This document shows, piece by piece, positions 38,601-48,090 of a stretch of DNA of 64,000 nucleotides. The notes beneath the pieces are model-generated. The model saw only the letters and a program-made list of their open reading frames with translations. It was not told the DNA's origin and did not search any database. Position 1 is the first letter of the stretch. Every line of letters begins with the position of its first letter. The stretch comes from Nanobdellota archaeon. GTDB lineage: Archaea > Nanobdellota > Nanobdellia > Pacearchaeales > GW2011-AR1. A program made the translations under genes and the position numbers. The stretch is taken from contig JBBSXB010000001.1 of assembly GCA_038046005.1 (NCBI GenBank), positions 96,001 through 160,000 of the forward strand, given 5' to 3'.

Positions 38601-39123
38601 AATTAAAATGGTGAGAGATATTTTGAGGGGCGAAGGGGATCCATTTACAAACTTATTTTTTACACATAATACCTCAAACTTTAATGAAGGTGTTTCGTGC
38701 TCCAGCTATAAGACTTTGGCAACTATGAAGGATAAAGTTGAACACCAAATGAATCTAGTGGAAAAAATAAGGGCTGTGGATACTTCTGACACTGCTAGAC
38801 TAATTATTGAGAGACATTTTATAAAAGATTTAAAGGGTAACCTTAGGAATTTTTCAATGCAGAGTTTTAGATGCGTTTCCTGCAATGAAATTTATAGGAG
38901 ACCTCCTTTAAAAGGGATTTGTCGAATGTGTGGTGGGAAATTGATTTTTACTGTTAATGAGGGGGGCATAAAAAAATATCTTGAGCCTGCTCTTGAATTG
39001 GCAAAGAAGTATGAGCTTTCTCCATATATAAAACAAAATCTGGAACTTATCAAAAGTTACATCGATAGCATTTTTGGGAAAGAACTTGAAAAGCAAAAAA
39101 CTATGTCTGATTGGTTGAAGTAG
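35656..39123 (+). CDS. polC: DNA polymerase D large subunit DP2
   Basis: FIGTRMGRPEKAK, RRDCDGDE catalytic motif and C-terminal Zn finger; ATG at 35656 preferred. Confidence 0.97.
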   Translation: MNTQQYFKHIEKEVKKVYEVAEMARAKGLDPVDKVEIPLAMSMAEKVVGLISTIYPQMEGSGIAKRILDLEKEYGKLDPAVCLQIAEEVAKQKFCKFSSILESIDAGARIGFAYITLGVVSSPIEGLTEIKIVKTRWGKDYLSAFFSGPVRSAGGTGEAFSVVIIDHLREIFGFEKYDPTEDEIKRTVAELNDYHERITNLQYMPTEEEIIFLAKNIPIQVNGEPSEKLEVSNYKNLDRINTNFLRSGFCLVLGEGIAQKAAKIKRYITALRIKGFKLTGWDFLEEYLKIHDKREKGKSDDSPTYIKDLVAGRPVFGHPSRSGGFRFRYGRCRTNGFSATSIHPATMGITEGFIAIGTQLKIEKPTKGCAVTSCDGIDGPIVKLFSGSVTKVNTKDDAKKLYPDVEEIIYLGDMLFPFGDLANRNADLITPGYVEEWWKLDLRKVNADFEKTIDPFNINFEEAVEISKTFGVPLHPKYIFYWTQISKNEFRDLMDWIKYARLEDKIILPFTKKDQERFGLGKRALELLGVEHDVTIENVVINKENSKALLFNIGVDPRILVKQNLLGEESNFGNYDFEKDPLELINSVSKAKIKDKAGEFIGTRMGRPEKAKLRKLIGSPNVLFPVGSEGGRLRSVREACNVGKIRSSFPLFYCQSCKKEGIYNSCEVCGSNCVKQFFFYETKEKNFSSHINGIEKKGVPYSMQDLDINYYFNTAVQKIGLSKNEIPVLIKGVRGLSSSDKSVENLAKGLLRAKYNLQVNKDGTIRYDVTELPLVAFKPKEISVSVEKLRELGYAEDIHGKLLEGDDQILELKPHDILLPSCQDSLDEKADDVFMRICDFIDEELGRFYNLKSFHNINKKEDLVGQIGVCMAPHNCAGVVCRFIGFSNTLGLMASPFMHAAIRRDCDGDEAAIMLLSDVLLNFSRKFLPNHRGGTQDAPLVLNAKMDAGEVDEQILDLEMVKEYPLELYEAAERKEHSSKIKIKMVRDILRGEGDPFTNLFFTHNTSNFNEGVSCSSYKTLATMKDKVEHQMNLVEKIRAVDTSDTARLIIERHFIKDLKGNLRNFSMQSFRCVSCNEIYRRPPLKGICRMCGGKLIFTVNEGGIKKYLEPALELAKKYELSPYIKQNLELIKSYIDSIFGKELEKQKTMSDWLK

Positions 39124-39165
39124 TTTTAGTATAAAAGTATTTAAAAAGAGATTTTAGCATGAGTT

Positions 39166-39450
39166 TTGATGATAAGGGCTAGAACAGATTCAACAATTAA
39201 CCGATCTAGGACCACTCTTGTCATTCCAGAATATCTGAATTCGATTCTTGATCTTTACTCTATTTATTCTAGGCTGGGGGAGAATAAAGAAGGCATTCCC
39301 AAAAGTAAAATATTTCAAATTTCTTTAGAAAACTTTTTGCTAAATGATGGAGAGTTTATAGAATTCCTTTCAAAATTTAGTGAATTGAATCCGCGATTTA
39401 AAACGTTTTATGACCAATTAGTTGCTTCTCGTGATGAAAGAAATAAATAA
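39166..39450 (+). CDS. Hypothetical protein, possible ribbon-helix-helix
   Basis: RTTLVIPEYLNSILD...PKSKIFQISL pattern. Confidence 0.45.
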   Translation: MMIRARTDSTINRSRTTLVIPEYLNSILDLYSIYSRLGENKEGIPKSKIFQISLENFLLNDGEFIEFLSKFSELNPRFKTFYDQLVASRDERNK

Positions 39451-39460
39451 TAATTTCTTT

Positions 39461-40645
39461 TCAAAACAAATACAAAATTATTGTTGGAATCAACAAACAG
39501 GCCATCATATTTGTCCTCCTTACCCCTAAAGAAATGCAGTAAAATCCCGTTAAAGTTGAAATTATGAAAATAATAAGCCCCAGAAATCCGGAAAATAAAA
39601 TTACTACTAAAGTTATAAATATTATAACAAAATATTGAAGTTTTGTATAATTTATTTTTGCAAATATTTTTATAAATCTTTTTGCCAAAAATGAAGTTAG
39701 AAAGAAAGATATGACCCCCGCCATAAAGGATGTTGCAAGTATGAGAATCAAAATATTTTTATCTAAAGACCCAATAAGGTTGTTTATCGTTGCCGCAGAA
39801 CCTGTTCTCATTTTATGAATAGTATATAGGGAGATAAAAGAAAAACCCATAACTAAAGTGTTGGTTGCTCCAATCAAAGTTAAAAATTCTTTTTTGTCAG
39901 AATTGACTATTGTGTTCCCAACGACTGCTGCTTGACTGCTTCCCAAGCCAGGAAGAAATCCGCAAAGAGGGGATGCAATCATCGTAGCTAATATTGGCTT
40001 TAAGAATTTTGGTTTTATTTTGGAAATTTTTTGCTTTGGAATTTTTACTTTTGTCTTGATTGATATCAATAATGAAGATGCCCCAAACAGCCCAGATAAT
40101 AGCGGAAGCAAAGATTCTTTCATGTTTAAATTAAGAGTAATATAACCTAAAACTCCTGTGATGGCTATTACAAAAAATGCTAATACTTTTTTGCTTTCAG
40201 AAAAAATCATAAAGAAAACGACAAATATTAAAATGTAGGGAATAAAACTTTTTATTAGATTATATCCTTTTTCAACAAATAAAATCAAAGGAATAGAAGT
40301 CAATAACAACAAAAAAACTGCGATTAAACCTCCGTAAACTGCAAGCATTATGGCTTCATACCCATTCCCTTCTTTTAACAGTTCGTGCCCAGGCAAGACT
40401 GAAAGAGCAGTATCTGTGTCGGGGCATCCCAAAAATACGGATGGAATAAAGTCTAAAAAAGTGTGGGCAATAGACATTGTTACAACAAATACTACAAGGT
40501 AGATGGGGTTTATCGGAGAAAGAATGCCTATTGAGAGAGAAACAAGAATCGCGCCAACCAAGTTTATATGGATTCCGGGCAGTAAGCCCGTAATTGTGCC
40601 AGCAATAAGGCCTGCACTTAAAGCCAAAAATAATTCAATTAACAT
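39461..40645 (-). CDS. TctA/DUF112 family membrane protein
   Basis: GTITGLLPGIHIN, FIPSVFLGCPD and VLPGH motifs. Confidence 0.88.
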   Translation of the reverse strand: MLIELFLALSAGLIAGTITGLLPGIHINLVGAILVSLSIGILSPINPIYLVVFVVTMSIAHTFLDFIPSVFLGCPDTDTALSVLPGHELLKEGNGYEAIMLAVYGGLIAVFLLLLTSIPLILFVEKGYNLIKSFIPYILIFVVFFMIFSESKKVLAFFVIAITGVLGYITLNLNMKESLLPLLSGLFGASSLLISIKTKVKIPKQKISKIKPKFLKPILATMIASPLCGFLPGLGSSQAAVVGNTIVNSDKKEFLTLIGATNTLVMGFSFISLYTIHKMRTGSAATINNLIGSLDKNILILILATSFMAGVISFFLTSFLAKRFIKIFAKINYTKLQYFVIIFITLVVILFSGFLGLIIFIISTLTGFYCISLGVRRTNMMACLLIPTIILYLF

Positions 40646-40728
40646 CTTATTTTAATTGTACTAGGCTTGTAATCCTTTAAAAAGATTAGTAACTTTTATA
40701 AATGGCTGTTATACTGGTAGGCTAGCAA

Positions 40729-41481
40729 ATGAAAACTCACAAATATCCCAAGATTGCTGTTGCCCAGATAAAGTATTTTGATATTTCTAGAAGAAATAAT
40801 GTTGAAAAAATAAAAAAATATATCAGAAAAGCAAAGAAATTAAATGCAGATATTGTGTGTTTTCCAGAATCGTGTGTTCACAAAACCGAAACCCTTTATT
40901 TTAATGACACTTTGATCAGAGAAATAAAAGAGGAGTGCAAAAAAAATTCTATTTGGTGTATAATCACTGAAGATTTGGAAATAAGAAAGAAAAAGTATAA
41001 TACTTCTATCCTGATAGACCGGGAAGGAAACATAAAGGGGAACTATAAAAAAATACATCTTTATGGAGACAAAGTTGATGCGGGCTCGAGAGTTAAAATT
41101 TTTGATACTGATTTTGCTAAAATTGGAATTGTCATATGCTGGGATTTAGCATTTCCTCAGATGTTTAGGAAGCTAAAACAAGCTGGGGCAGAAATAGTCT
41201 TTTGTCCCTCACAATGGGAATATGAATCCAGGGCCCACAAGGAAAAACCTAAAGCAATGGAAGAAAAACTTTTAGAGTCTGTAATTATGACCAGAGCTTT
41301 TGAAAATATCTATTTTGTAGCGTTATGCAACCCCGTAATGGACTCTAAGTTTCAAGTTTCATATTCAGCTATAGCAGGCCCCCACAAAATTCTTAAAAAA
41401 ATTGTTGGCAAAGAAGGGTTAATAGTGGCTAAGATAAACCTCGATGAGATAAAAAGGGTTGAAAAAATTTATAATAGTTAA
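40729..41481 (+). CDS. Carbon-nitrogen hydrolase (nitrilase superfamily)
   Basis: CFPE, YKKIHL and ICWDLAFP (E-K-C triad). Confidence 0.92.
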   Translation: MKTHKYPKIAVAQIKYFDISRRNNVEKIKKYIRKAKKLNADIVCFPESCVHKTETLYFNDTLIREIKEECKKNSIWCIITEDLEIRKKKYNTSILIDREGNIKGNYKKIHLYGDKVDAGSRVKIFDTDFAKIGIVICWDLAFPQMFRKLKQAGAEIVFCPSQWEYESRAHKEKPKAMEEKLLESVIMTRAFENIYFVALCNPVMDSKFQVSYSAIAGPHKILKKIVGKEGLIVAKINLDEIKRVEKIYNS

Positions 41482-42326
41482 TTTCTAGCTTCTTTCTTAA
41501 GAAAATCCAGGACTTTGCCAAGTATCTTCTCCCTTTCCGATTCAAAAAAATCAAAACCTGGGGCAGAGTTTATTTCAAGTGCAAGCCATTGGCCGTCTTT
41601 TTTTAAAAAATCAATCCCACAAATTTTTATTTTTGAAATTTTATTTATTTTTTTTATAATATCATTTAATTTTTTGTCTATCTTAAATTTTTTAATTATT
41701 TTTGCATAAACTCCTGTTGCTTTCCACCCTTTGCTTTGTTTTAAAGCTGTTTGGACAATTTGATTGTTTATAAGTGTGACTCTGTAACTGGGTGATTTTA
41801 TGAATTCTTGGGCAATTATAGGTATGGATGAATTCTTTTTACCCCATTTTTTAATTATTTTTATTGATTCCGCTATAGTCTCTGTCTTTTCCACAAATTC
41901 TCCGCACGTTCCTTCAACCCTTTTTAGGACCACTGGCCATTTATCAAAATTCTTTAGTTCTCCCTTTACTATGTTCAAATCATCCGAAAGAAGTATTGTT
42001 TCTGGTGTAGGAATTCCATGTTCTTTGCATTTTAAATAAAAAATCCATTTATCTTCGTTGGTGTAATGTGTTCTTGTCGTGTCTATAACCTTTTTCCCAA
42101 GCTCTTCAATTGTTTTTTCAAATTCAATTGAGAAATCTTCGGCACTATTGTTGTATATTACCTCACATTTTTTTATTTTTTCTTTTAATTTTCCTTCATC
42201 TAAATCTCTTTCCAAATCAAGAAAAACCATCTCAATATTTTTTTTCTTTGAGAGCTTAATAAACATTTCCTCGTCTTCTCCCAAATATTTTCCTTTGAAT
42301 ATACATCCAATCACTACTTTTTTCAT
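41478..42326 (-). CDS. RimK/LysX-type ATP-grasp protein
   Basis: GIPTPET, PVVLK..G..G, IAQEFI, CGIDF and LEINSAPG. Confidence 0.88.
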   Translation of the reverse strand: MKKVVIGCIFKGKYLGEDEEMFIKLSKKKNIEMVFLDLERDLDEGKLKEKIKKCEVIYNNSAEDFSIEFEKTIEELGKKVIDTTRTHYTNEDKWIFYLKCKEHGIPTPETILLSDDLNIVKGELKNFDKWPVVLKRVEGTCGEFVEKTETIAESIKIIKKWGKKNSSIPIIAQEFIKSPSYRVTLINNQIVQTALKQSKGWKATGVYAKIIKKFKIDKKLNDIIKKINKISKIKICGIDFLKKDGQWLALEINSAPGFDFFESEREKILGKVLDFLKKEARN

Positions 42327-42343
42327 AATTATTTTGTAAAATT

Positions 42344-43144
42344 TTAAATATAAGGCGAAATATAAACTTCAATCAGGCCGGCTAATATCAATATAAAAAT
42401 AGAAATTGCTATAAGGATAAGGACGTCTATCATAAGCTTTTTCTTCTTTTCTTCAGTTTTTAAATTTCCTTTCCAAATTGCAGAGTATATTAATCCCCCA
42501 GCAAGAGCCGTCATCAAATATGCCAACATTTCAGGTATTCCATGGACAAAATATTTTGCAAACGAAATTGGCAATGCTGTGATTCCTAAAGTGTTTCTTG
42601 CAAGATTTCCAATTACAAAACCCATAACACTCGCGTTCCAAACCAAGACATATATTGCCCCTGCTCCATAAAACAAAGCGAAAATTAATGATATTAGAAG
42701 GACCTTAATATTATTGAAAAGAATTGCCAAGAATGTGGAAGATGATGAGAATGATCCGACTATCGCTGCTCTTATTCCCTCCACTGTCGTTTCTTGGAAT
42801 GAGAAAATGCTTGAGACTTTATCTACTGGAAGCAAAAAACTCCATAATGTGAATGAAATGGTAAACCCTAAGAATAAAAATAACAACAAGTAAATGAGCT
42901 TAGAATGTTCTTTCAGAAGGGATTTTTCTGACCTATTTGCTTCTTTTTTCTCCTCTATATTTATTGCGCTTTGAATCAAGTAAAGACAGGAGAACACTGT
43001 GAGAAATATCATCGCTATTGATGCATAATTTGGAAATATCCATAGTGCAAAGAGTATGGAAAATGAAGAGTAGACTATAGCTATAAAGAGAACTTCTAGA
43101 GGATGTCTTTCGGCTTTTTTAGGATTGAAAATTAGTCTTAGCAT
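42344..43144 (-). CDS. SpoIIM/DUF95 family membrane protein
   Basis: ILFNNIKV, WNASVMG, HGIPEM and AGLIEVY. Confidence 0.85.
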   Translation of the reverse strand: MLRLIFNPKKAERHPLEVLFIAIVYSSFSILFALWIFPNYASIAMIFLTVFSCLYLIQSAINIEEKKEANRSEKSLLKEHSKLIYLLLFLFLGFTISFTLWSFLLPVDKVSSIFSFQETTVEGIRAAIVGSFSSSSTFLAILFNNIKVLLISLIFALFYGAGAIYVLVWNASVMGFVIGNLARNTLGITALPISFAKYFVHGIPEMLAYLMTALAGGLIYSAIWKGNLKTEEKKKKLMIDVLILIAISIFILILAGLIEVYISPYI

Positions 43145-43218
43145 AATTTAAAACAGAAAAGAAAATTTATAATTGTTTGGGTGGAAAGTTTTAATAACTA
43201 AAAAGAGTTATTTTGTTT

Positions 43219-44184
43219 ATGGTGCTGAATAATGAAGAAAAGCTTGAATTAATCAAAAAAAATACTGAGGAAATAGTCAGTTTTGATGCTTTGAGAGAAA
43301 TTTTGAAAAAGAAAAAAAATCCCAGGGTTTACTGCGGCTATGAACCTAATGGGCCTTTGCATCTTGGTCATTTTGTCACGATAACTAAATTGATGGACAT
43401 GCAGAAAGCAGGTTTTGATGTTGTTATTTTACTGGCAGACATTCATGCCTTGCTCAACAGAAAGGGGCAAGAAGGCGAAATAAAAAAAGAAGTGGAGAAT
43501 TGGAAAAAAACTTTGAAAGCAATTGGCGTTAAAGCAGAAATTGTTCTTGGCAGTGATTTTCAGTTCAATAAAGATTATCAGTTAGATGTCATGAAACTTG
43601 CACAAAATTCTACAATCAACAGAGGATTGAGGAGCATGCAGGAAATTGCAAGAGATGTCGAGAATGCAACAATTTCTCAGTTATGGTATCCTCTGATGCA
43701 GGTAGCTGACATTAAACACCTGAAAGTTGATGTTGCTTTGGGTGGCTTAGAACAAAGGAAGATTCACATGATGGCTAAAGATATGGCAAAGACTTTGAAT
43801 TATGAGTTTGTTGCCTTGCATACTCCATTAATAACTTCTCTGAAAGGACCTGGGCAAAAAATGTCAAAGAGCGTTCAAGGATCAGGAATTAGTGTTACTG
43901 ATTCACTTGATGAAATTAAAAAAACAATAAAAGACGCATATTGCCCAGAAAAAGAAATTAAAGACAATCCTATCTTGCAAATGTCAAGATTGATAATCTT
44001 CCCAAGGTTTGAAAGTTTTGAAGTTAAAAGACCTGAAAAGTTTGGGGGGAATTTGGACTTTAAAAATTATGAAGAATTGGAAAATATTTACGGCCATGGA
44101 AAATTACATCCTCTTGATTTGAAGAATGCAGTCGTAGATTATCTTTGGAAGATAATTGAGCCTATAAGAAAGAAGTGGGTGTGA
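43219..44184 (+). CDS. tyrS: Tyrosine--tRNA ligase
   Basis: YCGYEP..HLGH, YPLMQVAD, GGLEQRKIH and KMSKS. Confidence 0.96.
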   Translation: MVLNNEEKLELIKKNTEEIVSFDALREILKKKKNPRVYCGYEPNGPLHLGHFVTITKLMDMQKAGFDVVILLADIHALLNRKGQEGEIKKEVENWKKTLKAIGVKAEIVLGSDFQFNKDYQLDVMKLAQNSTINRGLRSMQEIARDVENATISQLWYPLMQVADIKHLKVDVALGGLEQRKIHMMAKDMAKTLNYEFVALHTPLITSLKGPGQKMSKSVQGSGISVTDSLDEIKKTIKDAYCPEKEIKDNPILQMSRLIIFPRFESFEVKRPEKFGGNLDFKNYEELENIYGHGKLHPLDLKNAVVDYLWKIIEPIRKKWV

Positions 44185-45099
44185 TTATCTAGTCTTAAAT
44201 TCAACAACATCCAAGTCTTTTAGTTCATGATTCAATGAAACTTTTTGGCCTGGGAATTTTGAGCTTGGCCCCCATATCTTTGTTTCCTTTATTTTTGAGG
44301 CAAATCCTTTGAATATTTTTTCAGCTATGTTTTTTATTGTTGAGCCCGGCCTAAGAATTATTGGATTGTTTGACTTCTCTTTTCCCGGCTCTTTTGTGAA
44401 AACTCTTATCCTGTCAAAACTTAAAAATAATTTTTCTTTTAGCTCATTTATTCCTTCTTTGGTTTCTGTTGATATCATAACAAAATTGTATTTCTTGCTT
44501 TGCAAGTTTGCATAGATTCTTCTTTTTTCTTCGTTGTTTAATAAGTCTGTCTTATTGAAAGCTATGATTTTTTTACCTGGAATATTCTCCATCAAATCTT
44601 GTATTTTTTGGATCTGGGATAAACTTTCTATTAAAATTATTATGGAATCTGCAATATGTGTTATGCTTCTGTCATAAAATTCCGACTCTATTGCGGGAAT
44701 TTCAACAAGCTGAATTTGTATCCCCTGATATGACATCATTCCCACTATTGGTTCTCTTGTTGCAAATTCAATTCCCGATATCTTTGGATTAGCATTGGTC
44801 AACAAAGAAAGCAATGAAGATTTTCCGGAGTTTGTGAAGCCGATTATTGCGGCCTGCATCTCTTCTTTTTTGATTCCTGGTTTTTTGGAGCCTTTAGAAG
44901 TTTTTCTTTGGGAAGCTATTTTTTCTTTTAGCTTTACGTATCTTGTTTTAAGATTAGCAAGCATTTTTTCAGATGATTTATGTTTAGGACATTCCCGCAT
45001 CATTTCTTCAAGCCACTTTAATTTATCTTCATTAGTCTTAGAGTTTAAGAATTTTAACTCTGCCTGTTTGTAGAATGGGGACTGATTTGTTGATGCCAT
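44185..45099 (-). CDS. DRG/OBG-family GTPase with TGS domain
   Basis: PKHKSSE, GFTNSGKS, NKTD and IWGPSSKFPGQKV..H.L.D.DVVE. Confidence 0.9.
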   Translation of the reverse strand: MASTNQSPFYKQAELKFLNSKTNEDKLKWLEEMMRECPKHKSSEKMLANLKTRYVKLKEKIASQRKTSKGSKKPGIKKEEMQAAIIGFTNSGKSSLLSLLTNANPKISGIEFATREPIVGMMSYQGIQIQLVEIPAIESEFYDRSITHIADSIIILIESLSQIQKIQDLMENIPGKKIIAFNKTDLLNNEEKRRIYANLQSKKYNFVMISTETKEGINELKEKLFLSFDRIRVFTKEPGKEKSNNPIILRPGSTIKNIAEKIFKGFASKIKETKIWGPSSKFPGQKVSLNHELKDLDVVEFKTR

Positions 45100-45151
45100 C
45101 TTGGTTTTGTATATAATTTATAAATAATCATTGATTAAAAATTTTGTTAAT

Positions 45152-45922
45152 ATGGAAAAAGATGAAATAATCAAAGAAATCATGAAGAAAAGAGAGTTTT
45201 CACAACTTCCCATTAAAGATGTTGGAGTAGCTTACTCTATCTTTGAGAGAAGACAGGTTGGTGAGGAAGAAAAAATAAGACTTACTAGGGAGTTTTTGCA
45301 TAAGATTTTTGGAGCTTTTTTAAGTAAAAAGCTTTTATCCTTAAAAGATAAAGATTCAGACTGGATTTTGAGAAAACATCTTTCAACTAGAGAAAGGTTA
45401 CCTTATTATGGGGAGTTGTATAACAGGATTTTTAAGAATTTTAATGAAAAAAATATAACAATTTTTGATCTAGGTGCTGGAATTAATGGGTTTAGCTATA
45501 ATTATTTTGGCCATAAAGTAAGATATATTGGGGTTGAGGCTGTTGGGCAGTTAGTTGACTTAATGAACTATCATTTCAAGAAAGAAAAATTAAATGCTTC
45601 AGCGATTCATGAAAGCTTATTTGAATTAGAGAAAATAAAAAAAACAATTTCAATGCAAAAAGGAAAGAAAATTGTGTTTTTGTTCAAAGTTCTAGATGCT
45701 TTGGAAGAATTTGAAATAGATTATTCTAAAAAACTTCTAAAAGAAATCACTCCTTTAGTTGATATGGTTGTTGTTAGTTTTGCAACAAGAAGCATGATGG
45801 CTAAAAAGAAGTTTAAAGTTAACAGGAATTGGATATTTGATTTCATAAAACAGGAATTCAATGTTTTGGATGATTTTGGGCTGGGTGGGGAAAGATATAT
45901 TGTTTTTGGGAAACAGATTTAA
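45152..45922 (+). CDS. ArmA/RmtB/Sgm (FmrO)-like rRNA methyltransferase homolog
   Basis: HLSTRERL, DLGAGIN, LFKVLDALE and VVSFATRS resemble the FmrO-family motif series. Confidence 0.7.
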   Translation: MEKDEIIKEIMKKREFSQLPIKDVGVAYSIFERRQVGEEEKIRLTREFLHKIFGAFLSKKLLSLKDKDSDWILRKHLSTRERLPYYGELYNRIFKNFNEKNITIFDLGAGINGFSYNYFGHKVRYIGVEAVGQLVDLMNYHFKKEKLNASAIHESLFELEKIKKTISMQKGKKIVFLFKVLDALEEFEIDYSKKLLKEITPLVDMVVVSFATRSMMAKKKFKVNRNWIFDFIKQEFNVLDDFGLGGERYIVFGKQI

Positions 45923-45946
45923 AAACTTGATTTGATTCTATGAATC

Positions 45947-47152
45947 ATGAAACCAAAATTTTTCAGAAAAGTCTTGAAAAATGGAATGACTGTGCTTTTT
46001 GAAAAAAGAGAGCTTCCTGTTGTCAGCGTTGCCTTTGCAGTTAGATGCGGAGGAATCAATGAAGATGCCAAAGAAAAAGGAATATCTCACTTTATTGAAC
46101 ATATGCTTTACAAAGGAACTCCTACCAGAAATGCAAGCCAGATTTCCACTGAAATAGAAAAAAATGGAGGAGTTCTGAATGGTTTTACTTCTGAAACCAT
46201 TACTGCTTACTGGTGCAAGATGCCTTCAAATAAAATAAATGTCGCTTTAGATGTTTTGAGTGATATGGTAAAAAATCCGCTATTTAATGAGGCAGAAATG
46301 AATAAAGAAAGAAAAGTTATTTTTGAGGAAATAAAAATGAGAAAAGACAATCCCAGAATTCATGTTGATGATAGGATACAAAATTTTCTCTATGATGCCC
46401 CTTTAGGAATTGATTTAATCGGGACCCATGAAACCATGAATCCAATAAACCGAGAGAAAATGCTGAAGAGGTTTAATGAAGTTTACAATCCAAATAACAT
46501 GATTCTTTGTGTTGTTGGGGATGCTGATTTTGAAAAACTTGTTGAGTTTTCTGAAAAAAACTTTAATAATAAAGCAGGAAAAATTCCTGAGTATAAAGTA
46601 AAGAAAAAAAATAATTCTGCAGTAGAAAAAAGAAAAGGATTGGACCAGGCTAATGTTGTTTTTGCTTATCATGCCCCATTGTCAAATGATAAAAAAAGCT
46701 ATGCTGCGAGAGTCTTAAGCGCCGTTCTTGCAGAGGGAATGTCCTCCAGACTATTTTCAGAGATAAGGGAAAAAAGAAATCTGGCCTATTCTATTTCTGG
46801 AGAGGCTACTTCATGCAAATATTTTTCATACAATAAAATTTATGCTGGAACCCAGAAAGAAAATATTGGTAAAGTCAAAGAGTTAATTCTTGAAGAGTTT
46901 AAAAAAGTTGGGGCTGGATTGGAAGAAAAAGAGTTGAGAAGCATTAAAGAGCAGTTAATTGGAAATTATAACATTGCGATGGAGGAATCTGTCTCTCAAA
47001 TGGCTAATCTTCTTTACTATGAGGCTGATGGAAATGCACAAGAATTTTATGAATTTGAAAAGAACATAAAAGAAGTCAAGCTGGAAGATGTGAAAGAGCT
47101 GGCAAAAAAAGCCATTAAAGAATACAGCTTTTTTGCGTTGGTGCCTGAGTAA
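45947..47152 (+). CDS. M16 family zinc peptidase
   Basis: HFIEH inverted zinc motif, NGFTS, ERKVIFEE and SSRLFSEIREKR. Confidence 0.95.
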   Translation: MKPKFFRKVLKNGMTVLFEKRELPVVSVAFAVRCGGINEDAKEKGISHFIEHMLYKGTPTRNASQISTEIEKNGGVLNGFTSETITAYWCKMPSNKINVALDVLSDMVKNPLFNEAEMNKERKVIFEEIKMRKDNPRIHVDDRIQNFLYDAPLGIDLIGTHETMNPINREKMLKRFNEVYNPNNMILCVVGDADFEKLVEFSEKNFNNKAGKIPEYKVKKKNNSAVEKRKGLDQANVVFAYHAPLSNDKKSYAARVLSAVLAEGMSSRLFSEIREKRNLAYSISGEATSCKYFSYNKIYAGTQKENIGKVKELILEEFKKVGAGLEEKELRSIKEQLIGNYNIAMEESVSQMANLLYYEADGNAQEFYEFEKNIKEVKLEDVKELAKKAIKEYSFFALVPE

Positions 47153-47170
47153 GTTTTATAGAAAAGTTTA
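47130..47170 (+). repeat. 41-bp direct repeat copy 1 (peptidase 3' end plus promoter)
   Basis: TTTTTGCGTTGGTGCCTGAGTAAGTTTTATAGAAAAGTTTA. Confidence 0.95.
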
Positions 47171-47198
47171 TAAGTAAGGAAATTCTTACTCTGTTATT

Positions 47199-47432
47199 AT
47201 GGAAGTAAAAATAATAAAAGTTACGGATAAGGGGCAGATCTCTTTACCAATTGGAATGAGAGAATCTTTGAAGATTAACAATGGTGATGAATTAATCATT
47301 GCAAAAAATGAAGATTCAATTGTAATTAAAAAAATTAGGAGATCTGATTTTTCAGATTTATTAAAACACTCTGAGAAAGTTGCAAAAAAACTTTGGAGTA
47401 ATAAAGAAGATGAAATCTGGAATAACATATAA
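47199..47432 (+). CDS. AbrB/MazE-type antitoxin
   Basis: KVTDKGQISLP..MRESL; C-terminal WSNKEDEIW; overlaps the toxin gene. Confidence 0.88.
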   Translation: MEVKIIKVTDKGQISLPIGMRESLKINNGDELIIAKNEDSIVIKKIRRSDFSDLLKHSEKVAKKLWSNKEDEIWNNI

Positions 47433-47757
47433 ACAAGGAGAGATATTAATAGTCCCATTTCCTTTTTCTGATTTAAGCAGCATTAAACAAAGGCCAGTTT
47501 TAGTCTTGTCAAAAAATGATTATAATGATAAATATGAAGATATTGTCACTTGCGGAATAACCTCTAATCTAAAAGATCCAAGTTTTTCTGTTTTAATTGA
47601 CAATAACAGTTTAGATGAAGGAAGTGTTCCTGTGAAAAGCAGAATAAAAGCTGATAAGTTGTTTACAATTAATAAAGGTGTAATAAGGAAGAAGATTGGC
47701 AGGATTAATAAAGAAACTTTTTTAAGTGTTAAAAAAGAATTCTTGACACTAGTTTAA
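47410..47757 (+). CDS. PemK/MazF-family toxin
   Basis: GEILIVPFPFSD..KQRPVLVLS and CGITS. Confidence 0.9.
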   Translation: MKSGITYKQGEILIVPFPFSDLSSIKQRPVLVLSKNDYNDKYEDIVTCGITSNLKDPSFSVLIDNNSLDEGSVPVKSRIKADKLFTINKGVIRKKIGRINKETFLSVKKEFLTLV

Positions 47758-47769
47758 TTTTGAAAAAAC

Positions 47770-47810
47770 TTTTTGCGTTGGTGCCTGAGTAAGTTTTATA
47801 GAAAAGTTTA
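47770..47810 (+). repeat. 41-bp direct repeat copy 2
   Basis: Identical to 47130-47170, 640 bp downstream. Confidence 0.95.
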
Positions 47811-47838
47811 AATATGTGTTTGTATTGCAAATATTACA

Positions 47839-48090
47839 ATGTCAGACATAACTATTTCAGTAAGAATTGACAAAAGCCTTTATGAAAAGATGAAACTTCA
47901 TGAACATTTAAACTGGAGTGCTCTGCTTAGGAGATATCTTTTGCAGCAAGTAGAAAAACTAGAAGAAATTGACACAGAAAAAGCAAAACAAGCTGCAGAT
48001 ATAATGGATAAAATCCGCAAATTAAATGCTTTTGATAGGGGGAAATCTGGCACAGAGATAATAAGAGGATGGAGAAACAAAAGAAAGTAG
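47839..48090 (+). CDS. VapB-like RHH antitoxin
   Basis: TISVRIDKSLYEKM..NWSALLR and SGTEIIR; overlaps the PIN gene. Confidence 0.85.
   Translation: MSDITISVRIDKSLYEKMKLHEHLNWSALLRRYLLQQVEKLEEIDTEKAKQAADIMDKIRKLNAFDRGKSGTEIIRGWRNKRK

Noticed and set aside
35656-39123. Inteins in DP2 or Cdc6, and introns in the tRNAs
   Set aside because: Protein lengths are normal with no intein motifs seen, and all four tRNAs fold without inserts.
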